DNA of 63,998 nt, counting the filler, from Streblomastix strix (lineage: Eukaryota): NCBI GenBank assembly GCA_008636045.1. It is 3 parts of 3 records of this genome, joined end to end, with 100 filler letters (N's around TTAATTAATTAA, not from the genome) between each part and the next. Parts side by side here need not be neighbours in the genome. Positions count along the whole stretch, not along the records: positions 43,849 to 63,998 come from SNRW01000452.1; 2 more parts are not named here. The stretch is one strand, 5' to 3'. The position numbers and the translations under genes were made by a program. Below are positions 45,720-58,455 of this stretch, one piece after another (positions within the stretch are counted from its first letter, which is position 1; each line of letters begins with the position of its first letter). Below the pieces are notes generated by a model that was not told where the DNA came from, made no database searches, and worked only from the letters and a program-made list of their open reading frames with translations.

Positions 45720-47950
45720 ATGGTTGAATTATATTTATAATTAGAAGATGTATAATAGTATACAACATCTTCGCCTTTATTGAGTGATTGCCATCAACTA
45801 TTTGAAGTGATTCTTCTGGCCATTTCCCAAACAATGTTTAAAATGCGGTGGCTATTTTAAAAACGGCAAAAGAAATGATGAAGCACAGGAGCAATTAGAC
45901 CTGCTAACGACCGCCGAACAGGGACTCATATTAGACACCGAATTACGCAAACTTAGTAATACAAAACCCGCCACAGGTCGATGCGCAGCCGCAACCGACG
46001 TTTGTGAATATGTTCCGCCAGATCACTGAGATAGACACGCTGGACTTTAACAAAACGAAAGCAACGCCTGAATAGGAACCATCACTTGCAATAAATGCTG
46101 CATGGGTGCTATTAGCTGGATTCTCAGGGTAAAAAACGTCGCAGATTGATATTTACGCAGAAGAACCGTCAGAAGAACAAGTTATAGACGCTAGACAACG
46201 AGCATGAGCTGCAACAGACTTGATAGCACGTAGGAGACCGTCGCAACACAATAATCCACCATCGCAACCGATGCTCACTTTTGATCAAGTCCTCGCAGAC
46301 CAAGAAATGAAATTATTGCTGCAGTTTAGATTATTTCAGGGTACATAAAAATTTATTGTTAGACGAGACTGGTTAGCAACTCTGAAATTTAATTTGTGCA
46401 CGTTCATAAGCATATATGACACGATTTACAAGGTAAACATGACACGAGCGCTGATGGACACGACAGAGCAAGGGAACCTACTGAAGACGTAACAGTCACC
46501 AGTAATACGTCCAGCATACAATAATTAATTGTTGAGGTCGCTACGAGCACTACCCCAGACAGAAGGAGCATATCCAGCGTCCGTATATACATTATTGACA
46601 AGAACTGTAGGCTTTACTAGAGAAGTGGACCAAGAATTGAAGAAGCTGACTGCGCAACAAGTTATAGACATGATTAGAAGCAAGACAGAGATAATGCCAC
46701 CAGAATGTGCTCAGGATCTAATTAGAAAACTGACACCAGAAATCCAACTGACTGCATTTTTACCACTTTTAAGTCAAAACAGAAACAGAGTTTGAATCCG
46801 TACGCACCACTCACCCCCTTCTACAACTAAAATCTTCAATTATAAATGTACGTATAACAGCCATAACTATATCCATTCCAATAATCTGAACAGCCAATGC
46901 AATACCCGATCTAATCAACCCAATGCCTAGTTTTTCCACTATTGAATCCTATTTTTACCAACGATGAATCCATCGTAAACACAAATAAGCGATTCCTGAC
47001 TACCTATGAACGTAAATACAAGAGTTTAGCACTACTCCAATCAACTGGTTCAACAAGTAGAAAAAGCTGCAGCGCAAACAGTCGAGATGCTGAGACAAAA
47101 ATAATCTGTAACCAGAAGCGTATTCAATCTGATAATTCCACCAATACCAGCATATCCACTCCAACAAACCTTTCGAATACCAATGATACCCTACACAGCT
47201 GAGAGATTATCAATAAATACAGAGTCAAAGGTCTATATTACAATACATAGGTGAGCGGATGAGTCTGAAGAAGAAGACTTTCTGGATGAAATAGTGCCAG
47301 GAATAACAATGCCACATTTACCATCTCACAGGACCTATATAGAAACAGCGCAACGAATATAGTAAAATAGAGGATACGATTTAGTAAGAGACCCCAGTGT
47401 AATCAAATACATGAACTCGAAGTGGCATTGTAAGTTAGCAACACAGAAGCTTTTCACATTCAGATATTGGGGAGAGTTATGATCAGACGCTGGCTTCTCA
47501 TTGGAATAGATTAATATACCACACTACCTGTCAAAGGAATTTACATCTTAAAGTCCCATGATAAGTCAAAGAGAAACGAAGCAACTAGAAAAAATGAAAA
47601 GGAGAAGGAATATGCAATAGAGAATTGAAATAGAATGAAAAGGAAAAGATTAGGTAAAGCAATGTTGGATGCAAAATTGAAAAAGAAACAGAGTAATTGT
47701 AGTAGTAGTAGCAGTAACAGTTAATAAATACAAGAAAATAGGACAAGGAAAGTATAAACCACAACTCAATGAACCGATGAAGACGAGGACTGTTTCGAGG
47801 ATGATGAAAGTCCCAGACAAATGGAGAAATTTAAATTATTCGAATTTTAAAGAAAACAATGGACCAAGAACCAATTACAATCCCAACAACAACAATACTA
47901 TATGTAAAAAGACCTAGAAGTAAATTAAAACCAAATATAAAAGCATTCAT
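45720..47950 (+). mobile_element. Decayed mobile-element-like coding region (possible Gag-like ORF and RT remnant)
   Basis: Visibly higher GC than flanks, intronless, long reading frame (FVNMFRQITEID...DQEMKLLLQFRLFQG...) interrupted by TGA (46205, 46793) and frameshifts. Only weak RT-like remnants near 47380-47540. Confidence 0.35.
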
Positions 47951-48368
47951 AGCCAAAAAATCTCATTTTACTCGTAGTATCTGAATCAAACACTCAAAAA
48001 TATTAAAACATTGACTACAATCACATAAGTCCATAACATAATACACCCGATATTTCCATTTTACCACGTCTTCAACCATATTCACAGTCACAAGCACTGT
48101 TTTCTTCATTGTTTTACCAAAAATGGCCGCAAAATTTGCCTTTTTTCTCATTTTACGTTATTTTATGGGGGAAATGAATCATTGTCGCGACCCCAAGCCG
48201 AGAAACGAAGCAATCTGGGGACAAAGGTATAATTATTCAAAAATCTGTTCTTTTCCTTTGTTTTACACCGCTTTTGAGGCCTTAATGGATAAGTTAGACC
48301 ATTAAATTAACTGTTTTGAGCGCAAGATTCCCCGCACTATAATACTTTTCTCTGGCTATAATTACCGT

Positions 48369-48559
48369 GTTAGCGTAATAATTGATGTTAGGATCAAACT
48401 TCAACTAATTTTGAAAAATAAACAGAGGTGCAATCTGCCTTTTATCTGACTGAAAGTTAGCGTAGTAATTAATGCTCGATCAAACTTTTCAAATTTTTTA
48501 AAAAATTAAACAGAGGTGCAATCTGCCTTTTATCTGATTGAAAGTTAGCGTAGTAATTA
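48369..48559 (+). repeat. Element repeat copies 1 and 2 (tandem ~88 bp units plus a partial third)
   Basis: GTTAGCGTA.TAATT...GATCAAACTT...AAAA.TAAACAGAGGTGCAATCTGCCTTTTATCTGA.TGAAA occurs twice (48369-48455, 48456-48543), upstream of pPolB. Confidence 0.9.
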
Positions 48560-48641
48560 GATAGCTCCGAAAAGAGCGTACCCTATTAATTTAACTTTAT
48601 CTTATCTAGATAAAATAAAAATTATTTTTATGTTACTATAA

Positions 48642-51600
48642 ATGGTACTATCAAAAGGTTAATTATTAAATTTACTCCATATCATATCCCCGCAATTAAA
48701 AAGTAGTAAAACATTAATAATTGAAGTAATAATTAAAGCGGGTACTTGATAAAAATAATTTGCCACGCAAAGGATAGAGAAACAATTATGATGTACTCTA
48801 ATAATTTATGATTGACCTTGACGCTAGATTAGATAACTAATTTTATTAACGTTAACCAATAACACCTAAATCTGATTTTAACTAGATAAAGTAATAATTA
48901 GAACCAAAATTATAGTATATATTCTAACCTCAATTATAGGAGATTAATTAGTAAATTGAATCAACACGTTAAAGGAAGTTACTAAAGTTAGCTAATGATG
49001 GTGTACTATTGCTGGCTCATCCCGCAGATCTAGATGAATTCAATAAAGTTCTCAATGATGCCAAATCTAACTATCACGATTAGAATCACGTTGAACGAAA
49101 CCCAATAACAATAGCTCATTATTATAATTAAATAACTAGCGTATTATATATATACGATTTCATAGATTCAATTCACACTTCAATGAAAAACAAAATATAT
49201 AAGTTAGTAATTGATTTTGGATACATATATGAGAGGAAAGATAGAGATAAAAATAATGATGAACGGATTACCTATGGATATATTATCCCTAGAGAATCGA
49301 TGAACGAAAGAAGAGCCCCAATATTAATACGTAATTAATAAGATATTGAACTATATAAATTTTATACTAAATCACTAATTATATCTATCTAAGAGCGTAC
49401 ATTAACTGATATAAAGGAAAAATATATTGCAATTTATTCAATGTGCGCGATCACCTATCTACTTCCTATTAGTGGTAAATCAATTCCGAGTATTAAATTA
49501 CATTTATCCAAGAAGCGCTAATGCCTCAGATATGTTAATTCACCTTATCCCAATACCTGTGTACTGGAAGCTATTGCCAGATATTAACTTAAAGATAGTA
49601 AGGAGAAAAGATATAGTGATAAATAAGTACTTGCAAAGATGAAGGAAATAGGGAATCTATTTTATGGTGAATTTAATCCTAAAACATTCGAGGGCTTCAA
49701 TTACGCAACAGATATATAATTAATCCATAAGCACTTTAATTTATCAGTTAACTTATTTTCCTATGAACAAGACGACAGTTCTTTTCGCTATTATTTAGCC
49801 TAATCTTTTCCAATTGAAGGAGATACCATAAATGTTAACGAAATAAATTTATTACTTATCTAATCTGAAGAACTAAATAGTATCAATATCCATACATTAC
49901 TAGTTACAGATAAAGAGCGCCTTACAGGACTATTATTTTGCCCATTTTGCAAGAATCATTGTTTTAGGTAGATCAGCACACTAAAGAAAATATGGCTAAA
50001 CATATAGAGAAATGTCGATTAAATAAAGGATAAATTAAGAAATAAGTTATGTTGGATAACATTCAACGACCGTTCGTACCACATATTATGTAAAATAAGA
50101 CCTATCGCTATCTACTACCAAATAATAGAATTAGTGAATTTAAACCAACTTAATACTTCATCACTTATGATTTCGAAACATATGAATAAAAAATAAATAC
50201 TTGGTTTGGTAAAGATAGTAAATTAATATCAAAATTAATCCCCCTATCAGTTGCGAGCACTATTTATTCAACTAAGGGTATTAAATCAATTTATTTCGAT
50301 AATCGATAAGATAACTTTGTAAATTTATGGTTAAATTAAATATTTAATGAAGCCGTATAAATTAAACACGATAATAATTATGATGACGAACTTATCCCCT
50401 ATTCAATCGAAGTTCCTATCCTCGGATATAATTCCGCTAAGTTTGATATGTCATTATTATTCCCATATTTATCCTCGAGCTATTGGAAAATAACTAGCTA
50501 TTTGGGTACTTCTTAATTCTGTAAGTAGTTAATTATTTCACACAATAATTTATCAGTAAAACTTAAATTTTTAGACGCGTTCTTATATGTAGCACCACCA
50601 ATGACCTTAAATTAATTTGTTATTAATTTTTCAAACTAACAGTAAAGTAAGGGCTTATTTCCATACGATCTAATGAATGATAATTATGAAGAATAGCTAT
50701 CTTAATCTATCCCATTTAAATAATCTGATTTCAATAATACGTTGAAAAATAGTTCGATTACAGATGAAGAATATTAAACTTATCTCTAGGATAATAAGTA
50801 ATTCAATAATAGATGGGAATATCTCAGGTATTATAATATATTAGACACAGAATTAATGATTGAACCGATAAAAAATTTGATTAGTCTGTTCTTTGAATAT
50901 AAAGTAGATATGTTCTAATTTAACTCGATTGCCTGTTGCGCTAATGCGGTCAAGTATTCTATGGCCTATAACGAATTTGAATTAGATGGCGATTATTCAA
51001 TAACTAGTTTTGATCCACCTTTCTATCTTACACCTTAATATTGGTAAGCTAAAGTGCGGGGATATGTGTCCTAAGATAAATTAGCCCATCGACATGTGGA
51101 CAATAATGTGAAAGAAAGTGATTATGATTATTTCCAAAAATTATTTAGATAGCCCTGTTATATTTGTAAAACATAATTTACGTTTAAAAATAAGCCTACA
51201 TTAGATCGAATAAATAATTCCTTATCTCATATTAAGAATAATGTTAGATAGTGTTGTTTATATTGTAACTAGGTCAAAAGTAATAGGAACGATCAAGAGA
51301 TGAAGCTACTAATATATTTAAAAAAATATTGCTAAAAATATAATTTACCAACAACAATTAATAATTAATAAGTATACTAAACTTTAAGAGATGGTATCAC
51401 TGGTGGCCTATCTAATGTAATAAATAGAATAAATATAGCTAACTAAACTAAAATAAAAAAATTAGTATACGAGTATTAGTTGAAAGTAATTGAAACAGAT
51501 AATGTTGTAACTAATATTATTGGACTGGATTTCAACTCTTTATACCCGAGTGTATTGAGCAGCTAATTCCACCCAATGAATCCGTACACCGATCGTAAAA

Positions 51601-52898
51601 TGTTTATGGCAGGAACAGTTAAAGAAGTGATTAATGTTGCTGAATAAAATAAATAACGTTGTTTAAATATAATTAATTCCCCAACTAGATATACTTTAGC
51701 AGGTCAATTATTTATCGCAACAATTCGAGGACATATATCAGATATTAATCAATACATTAAATTTCCACCTATTCTGCGAAATTTAACATACACTACTAAC
51801 GAGTAAACAATTGGTAGTTATACCTATAACTTTATGAAAAATAATAATATAAAGGTAGATAAAGAAGAAAGGAAATTAACTTAATTATTATCCACTCACG
51901 ATTAATTCATGTCCTTCAGTTTTTATTATTTATGGTTCTTAATTGATACATGTAATTTTGTAATTGATGATATTAGCTAACTTATTTGATTTTGCAAATA
52001 CGATAAATTTAATACATTTGTTAACACATTTATGAATAGGCGAATATAAGCTATTAAATCAAATAATAAGGGATTGGATTAATTTTGTAAAATAGTTATG
52101 AACGCTAGTTATGGGTCAGATCGGATGAACACTGAGAAATTTAGTAATGTAAAATTAAGATCAAAAGCGGACACATTTATTTCACATTTAACTGGTAACT
52201 TTATGAATAAACGTTAATTAGACGATAATTTATTCGCAGTCTAACTTAATACAGATAAATGTAAATGTACAACTCCATTATAGGAAGCTTACTTTACCCT
52301 AGAAAACGCAAAGTATTGGTATTTCAATTTCATATATAATTTTATGTATAAGTGCTTAGATAAAAATTGGTTTCATTTTATTGAAGGAGATACTGATTCA
52401 ATGTACTTCGCAGTTGCAGGTGACATTAATTAACCAATTAATTAGGGGTTTAGTCAAATTATTACTGATTAATAATTTTATGATACGAACGCTAAGTATT
52501 TTTTTCCAACAACTGATGATCTAATTGAATAAAAGAAGTTATTAGGATTAGCGATTGAAAAAGAAGGTGATGTAATGATAGCGCTATCCCCAAAAAATTA
52601 CTATATCAACGCTAAAAAGGAAATAATTAAGTTAAAGGGTATCAATTAATAATAAAATGTGATAACTAAATAAAAAATATTAGATATGATTGATGGAAAA
52701 ATAATGAAGTGTACAAATACTCGTCTAGGTTAGAAAGATGGGGTTATGTCCAAATTATCCTAAACAAAGCTGGATCTTACCGGTTTACACACAAAAATGA
52801 TTCTATTACCAAATAGCTAGTTAGCAACACCATTCATATACAAACTATCAGCAACTGATTATATAGATCTTTAGCCCTCAATAAATGCCAATAAATGA
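48642..52898 (+). pseudogene. polB: Protein-primed family B DNA polymerase (disrupted)
   Basis: ExoI TYDFET, ExoII GYNSAKFD, KGLFPY, ExoIII YNILD, ITGG, motif A DFNSLYPS, motif B KIVMNASYG, motif C EGDTDS, PKNY and KLKG. Frameshifts near 48712 and 49970 and an in-frame TGA at 51987. Confidence 0.93.
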
Positions 52899-53020
52899 AA
52901 CAATTTATTTAATCGAGGAATAATTAGGTATCAACTGGCACTCTATCTTCAAAACAATATGGGAGGCTGCTATAAAATATGCTTGTGAAAGTAAGATATG
53001 TAAAGTTTGACCCAGCAAAT

Positions 53021-53085
53021 AAAAGGTAAATTGCACCTCTGAATTATTTTTCAAAATAGTTAGGAAATTAATTACTACGCTAATT
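53021..53085 (-). repeat. Element repeat copy 3
   Basis: AAAAGGTAAATTGCACCTCTGAATTATTTTTCAAAATAGTTAGGAAATTAATTACTACGCTAA. Confidence 0.9.
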
Positions 53086-53196
53086 CAGGGCTAATTTATA
53101 CATTAATTAAGCGCTAGTTCATATATTAATTCAAACATTAATTTAAGCACTAATCAAGGGGGTTAAATTTTCCCCTAATTATTTTTCCATATATAA

Positions 53197-53508
53197 ATGT
53201 CTTGGTCATGTTGCCCCTATAATGAATATTCCCTCAATTATAATGTAATAGGAAATTTAAGTTACGATAGAGGAGATCCTATACCTTATTACGGTCAATC
53301 AATATTAATATTAACTTCTTAATAATATAATTAGTTCAAAATAATATATGACGATGTTATAGAAACAAGTGAAAAATAACGATAAGATTACAATAATAAT
53401 AGGTTAAGGAGAATAACTAATTATTATCGATAGTGCTTCGATGAATGTGTGTTTCAAATAGAATAAGCGTAATTTAATTGGTCGCCACTTCATAAATACT
53501 ATATATGA
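53197..53508 (+). CDS. Orphan viral protein, 103 aa
   Basis: TAAATG start, MSWSCCPYNEYSLNY...WSPLHKYYI-TGA, open in code 6, lying between inverted repeat copies 3 and 4. Confidence 0.65.
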
Positions 53509-53620
53509 TTATTTTTGACTGCCTATATTTTGACATTCAAAATTAGACCAATAATTAGCGTAAATTATTGATGTATAGGTTAACCCAGTAAATTCCCGTG
53601 GTAGAAAGTTAGCGCTTAAA

Positions 53621-53685
53621 TTAGCGTATAAATTAATTTCCTACTTATTTTGAAAAATAATTCAGAGGTGCAATTTACCTTTTTT
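53621..53685 (+). repeat. Element repeat copy 4 (near-perfect inverse of copy 3)
   Basis: TTAGCGTATAAATTAATTTCCTACTTATTTTGAAAAATAATTCAGAGGTGCAATTTACCTTTTT. Confidence 0.9.
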
Positions 53686-53693
53686 CTGCGAGA

Positions 53694-55646
53694 TCAACCT
53701 GCGGTAATCATACTACCACCAATCTCTCCGATTACCTCTAAATTTAATACTAACGGTTCAGGGTTGTCGTCAAACATAACTCTAATTATAGCATCACAAA
53801 GGAAATGTAACATTGGAATTTATCCGGTTTGCCAGCACATGGGGTAACTTCTAGTACCCATAAATCCAGCTAAAGTATTTTGATTTTCAAGGATAATATT
53901 ATAGTCGTCAATTTTGTAATTATCAACTATACCTGTTATCAATTAAGTATTTAATATAGTTTGTATATTAGTTCTCGCACCTATTCTAGTGCTATTATAG
54001 CCTCTCATGAACGAATCATCTGTCGCTAATTTCCATGCCAGCATATATTTATTCGGATAATATGTTTTAACTGATTTAGAACCAGTAAATAATGTAGTGT
54101 TATAGAATATATTATCTTATAGGGGTACAGGACCGTCATTCTTACCATACCAATACTTCTTATCATTTATGTTAATGTTCTCGAAAGTAAGAGAATGATA
54201 CAAATCACTAGAGGGAGAAACTAAATCCTGATCAACGAAACATTGAAACATTGAACCATTAGTAGCTTAAGTATGTGCTTCATAAGTGATAGGGACAGCG
54301 TATCGTTAGTCAATTATTAAATCTATGATGTGGAATAACATAGGAAAGAACCATGTGGGATATTATTACATTGCGAATGTCATAAACATAGCCTTGATGT
54401 TAGAAAAGGACATTATACTCTAAATTTACCCATTGCTTGGTTCAAATCGAGCAATTGGATAATTCGATGATTATGATTTAAGTACCTATGTTGGAAAATG
54501 AATTACTTTCTAAGCTCTAATCATATCGATAATCGCCATTTCATTCTCCATGTTGAAGCATAAATTATGCATAGATAAATATTCGAAAAAAGAGTTATCT
54601 AATTATTATATACTATTTTTGGGGTCAGTAGCACCATCATCCAGATCCTTACTATTAATAAATCGAACAGAATAATAATTATAAGCAATATCTCCACTAT
54701 CATCTAGTAAGGTAATTATATCGGGTTTCTTCGGTGGAATCATAGTGTAAGCTAAATGTTGATCGTAAATATAACGGGATTTATTTAACCAAACTACTTT
54801 CAAATCTTATAGGAAGTCTGTAATCCAAAGTTATAAATATAGTGAAGCGTAATTTCTAGTGAGCACCGGAAATTCATTAAATATCGGGTTCAATTAATTG
54901 AGATCTAATACCCCAGAAAAAGTAATGGGGTCAGGAATTCGATAATAATAATTTTCACCTTTGACATCAATATTATCACATGGGATATCAATAAACACAC
55001 CGCAATGGCGTTTGCTCTAAACTATACTCTCTAGTGGTGAAACAGTAACGGAATTATTAACGGTAAGGTCAGATAGTGAATTAGAACATACTATAGCCTG
55101 TTCTCTAGCGTAAATGGAAGTTTCCCATAATTTAGTGTTATCTCTACATATAGCTATTTATTAGAACGACCCACAAGCTGTTGAGAATCCTAACCAAAAT
55201 TTAATTACTTCATTACTATTATAATGTTAAGTTGCCTATTTTATTTCATCGGATAACGTTAATGAGGTGGTCTTTCTACCATTAAAGTTTGTTCTAGCAC
55301 GCATATATTCGTTATCAGTTAACATACCCTTAGCAGTAATTACCTTATTTAATTATATTCCTATAGTATTAGCGGGTATGGTAATTGTCAAATTAACTTA
55401 GCAGGTCTAAACACAACAACAAGTAGCACTTCCTCTGGCCCCAAGGGGAGCTCTAGTCTATCTTGTACCATTAGAAAACAATGTATTTACCGGTTAGTCG
55501 AAAAATTCTTATTTGGATAGTACGAACGATTAAGGTTCAATAGTCAAAGTTCATAACACTTCATTTAGTGCAGAGTATGATGAAACATAATCCGAATGTG
55601 ATGCTTTCGATAAACGAGCTAAATAATCTGAAGCACTGAACGAAAT
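53694..55646 (-). pseudogene. Putative double jelly-roll major capsid protein (~650 codons, damaged 5' end)
   Basis: 1953-nt frame of beta-strand-like composition ending PMLHFLCDAIIRVMFDDNPEPLVLNLEVIGEIGGSMITAG-TGA. The start reads TAAATT instead of TAAATG and there is a TGA at 55551-55553. The MCP call rests on size and context, not a recognised motif. Confidence 0.55.
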
Positions 55647-55679
55647 TTATTGATTGAAATAAATTTTAAACTAAAACAA

Positions 55680-55883
55680 ATGGGATTTTGGCAAGGGTTG
55701 AAGAATTTCGGTTCAAAAATATTACACAGGGTAATTTCAGCAGCCAAATGGGTAGCGCCGGTGCTTAATAAAGTTATGGGTGCTGTTTCAGGGCCATTAG
55801 GTGCAATTAATCCAACTGCGGGTATGATAGCCCGCGGAGTAGGTGGTGCAGCAGGAATGGCAAATAAATTCCTTAATCGATGA
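55680..55883 (+). CDS. Adenovirus protein VI-like amphipathic (membrane-lytic) peptide, 67 aa
   Basis: MGFWQGLKNFGSKILHRVISAAKWVAPVL resembles the pVI helix (LWSGIKNFGS). Gly/Ala-rich; divergent from the MCP gene. Confidence 0.7.
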   Translation: MGFWQGLKNFGSKILHRVISAAKWVAPVLNKVMGAVSGPLGAINPTAGMIARGVGGAAGMANKFLNR

Positions 55884-55918
55884 TACCATTAACTCAATAA
55901 TTATTTTTATATTTAAAT

Positions 55919-56116
55919 ATGACTAACAATAAGAACTTTGGTTCAAAAATATTAAGTGGAGTAAAATAAGCTTAGGGATATGTTCCAAATACATCAGCTA
56001 AATTATTAGCTTCAACATAGATGAGAAGTGACGCAGTTATTATTAAGCCTACACATATCTAACATAAACCAATTGATTATGTACACTAGTCGAAAAAATT
56101 AATTTAGGGTTAATGA
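55919..56116 (+). CDS. Small protein sharing KNFGSKIL with the upstream peptide, 65 aa
   Basis: MTNNKNFGSKILSGVKQAQGYVP...LIQGQ-TGA; the stop abuts repeat copy 5. Confidence 0.55.
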
Positions 56117-56180
56117 GAAGGTGAATTGCACCTCTGCTATTTTTTTCAAAATTTTTGGAAATTAATTTATACGCTAATTT
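56117..56180 (-). repeat. Element repeat copy 5
   Basis: GAAGGTGAATTGCACCTCTGCTATTTTTTTCAAAATTTTTGGAAATTAATTTATACGCTAATT. Confidence 0.9.
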
Positions 56181-56203
56181 TAGTTTTATTTTTCTCTAAT
56201 TAA

Positions 56204-56632
56204 ATGGAATCATTAATAGTATAATTGAAATAATTAATGAAACAATTAGCCAAAAATAATATATAGGAGGATCTAATATCTGAAATAATTTAATAGTTAA
56301 AGGATTTAATCTAGCCCTAATTTGACTAACCATTATTATCCTAAGAGTTGAAAAAAATAAAATAATAATTTGATCATCAATAATAAAAATTATAATTTTT
56401 TAATAAGTAAGCAGAGCAAGAGTAAAACCTTAATAAAATTTACGCTTAAAATAATCATAAATGTGTTGATTAATATAATTAGTATAAATAATTAAGTAGT
56501 ACTCAAGCTGAAAAATTAAAACGGTATATATTAACTGAGGCAAATGATGAGGAAAAATAAATATACAATAATTTTGTATCTGATGTAGGAAATAAACAAT
56601 TCAGTAATTATTACTAGTAAAATTAAATATGA
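56204..56632 (+). CDS. Viral coiled-coil orphan, 142 aa
   Basis: TAAATG start, MESLIVQLKQLMKQLAKNN..., open in code 6 to TGA at 56630. Confidence 0.65.
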
Positions 56633-56633
56633 T

Positions 56634-56861
56634 TCACTCATATGAAGCTATTATTGATATATAATTAATATATTTAATCATTTCCTAACACTTATCTCCA
56701 ATATATTCCCCTTCATCACCTATGTTTGCTTAAATAATTATTTTTTCACTTTCTTCACATTTTATTGGTTCAATTAGAGCTTAATAAATATAGTATATTT
56801 CGGTATTGTTCGCGTTAATCTTTTATCCAAGTTTGATAGCAACCTATAATAACTAATCCAT
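56634..56861 (-). CDS. Viral orphan, 75 aa
   Basis: TAAATG start, MDQLLQVAIKLGQKINANN...IIASYE-TGA. Confidence 0.55.
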
Positions 56862-56880
56862 TTAAATAAAAATAAATTGT

Positions 56881-58301
56881 TCATGGAGGAACAGCACATA
56901 AGGTAACCGGTTTAGCTCTCCAATATATTTTAGGCCCATCGCTATTGAACCCTCCATTTGTATCTACGCTATTTACACCCCATAATATTGGATTACCAGC
57001 AGAATAATTAACCGAGCTATTAGTTGCGCCGCTAGTCGCACCTGTGCCAGCGATAATTGATCCATTGAAAATTAATGTGTTTCCATCAGGTGAGATAACT
57101 AATCCTCTAATAACATTACCAGCATCAGATGCTAATGATATTTTAAAACTTAATTAGTAGCTAATTTAGAATTTGGATATTATGTACTTAAATTGTTATC
57201 ACGATAATTAATATATAATGTATTACCAGCTTAACCAGCAGAATTAGTGGTTAATATCAATTCATTTCTATATACCATTTACTAGAGAAACCTATTATTA
57301 TTATTGAATAGCAATAACGGATTATTACTACCTGCTGGTTATATCTAAAAGTAATCATTTTTAAATATTTTTCTACCTGTTACTGTATCTGGCGATGCTT
57401 TAGAAACATATTAATTATATATTATTCCCCTAGTTAAATAATTCTCATCATCCTCCGACTCTTCATCATCGCCACTACGACGTAATACACCTTATACGGC
57501 TTGCAACGTTTTCCCTGTTTTAGCCACAAATCCATCACCCGCAATATCTGATATAGATTTTGAATCACCATTAGCGAGTAATACATTAGTTGCTTAAGCA
57601 CCATTTTTAATAAATTTAGTTGCTGTTATGTTGTTATCATAAGTTAATTATTGAGGGTGTATATGATCTCTTCTGCTATACGATGTACTAATTCCAGCAC
57701 TAGCTGTACCATTAACTATAGGTAGTTCATCACTAGCGGGGGTAACTTAATCCGGTACTAATTGTCCACTATCGTACCATTCTGATTCGTACATCCAAAC
57801 CGTACCACTTTCTGCGGAGAAAGCAAAATCACCTGTAGCACTAGAGGATAAATTTAATATATCAGCATTAAGTAAGTAATAACCCCTAAAATGTGTTTGT
57901 CGAGCTAATTACTGCTAAATTAATGTAATTGATTAATTTATATCATTAATATCACCGGACTATTGGCTATATTCTTATTATAGTTAATTTATCTATTATT
58001 ATATTTAAACTATTTATTATATAAAATCCAAATTTAACACCAATAGATCTTTTACTATTAACTTACCATCTGTATTAATTTTTAAAGCAAAGTTACTAGC
58101 TTATCCATCAGATATATATTATTTATCAGCATAAACTAACGCGGATTAGTTATCTATGAATAAATGGTAGTTTTCATCTTATATTACACCTGAGCTACTA
58201 CTTTTATTTTTCACATACTACAAATAATACTGTATCTATGTTGAAATTAATTAACTAATAACAGATCTCTATTAATTGGTGAGCACATATATTTATTACA
58301 T
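56881..58301 (-). CDS. Fibre/tail-fibre-like virion protein 1 (one apparent frameshift)
   Basis: Coiled stretch, then THFRGYY, GDFAF..ESGTVWMY, ASAGISTSYSRRDHIHP, ITATKFIKNG...VLLANG and DTVTGRKIF, motifs seen in phage tail fibres. Length 1421 nt is not a multiple of 3. Confidence 0.6.
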
Positions 58302-58385
58302 TAAAGTGTACAAAAATAAATACAGTTAATGTGGGGCTAAAATTGGGGTTCTGCCTAATTTGAGCTATACCAAAATAATCCTGAT

Positions 58386-58455
58386 CAGATAAAAGGTAAA
58401 TTGCACCAACGAAATAAATTTAAAAATTAGTTTAAGTTTGAGCAGACATCAATAT
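58386..58455 (-). repeat. Element repeat copy 6
   Basis: CAGATAAAAGGTAAATTGCACCAACGAAATAAATTTAAAAATTAGTTTAAGTTTGAGCAGACATCAAT. Confidence 0.85.

Noticed and set aside
47695..47720. AGTAGTAGT resembling a Polinton terminus
   Set aside because: It lies in a Ser-run-like stretch of the decayed ORF region and no matching opposite end is visible.
48369..48559. Tandem repeat units as a possible CRISPR array
   Set aside because: Only about two units, the intervening parts are homologous rather than unique spacers, there are no cas genes and the context is eukaryotic.
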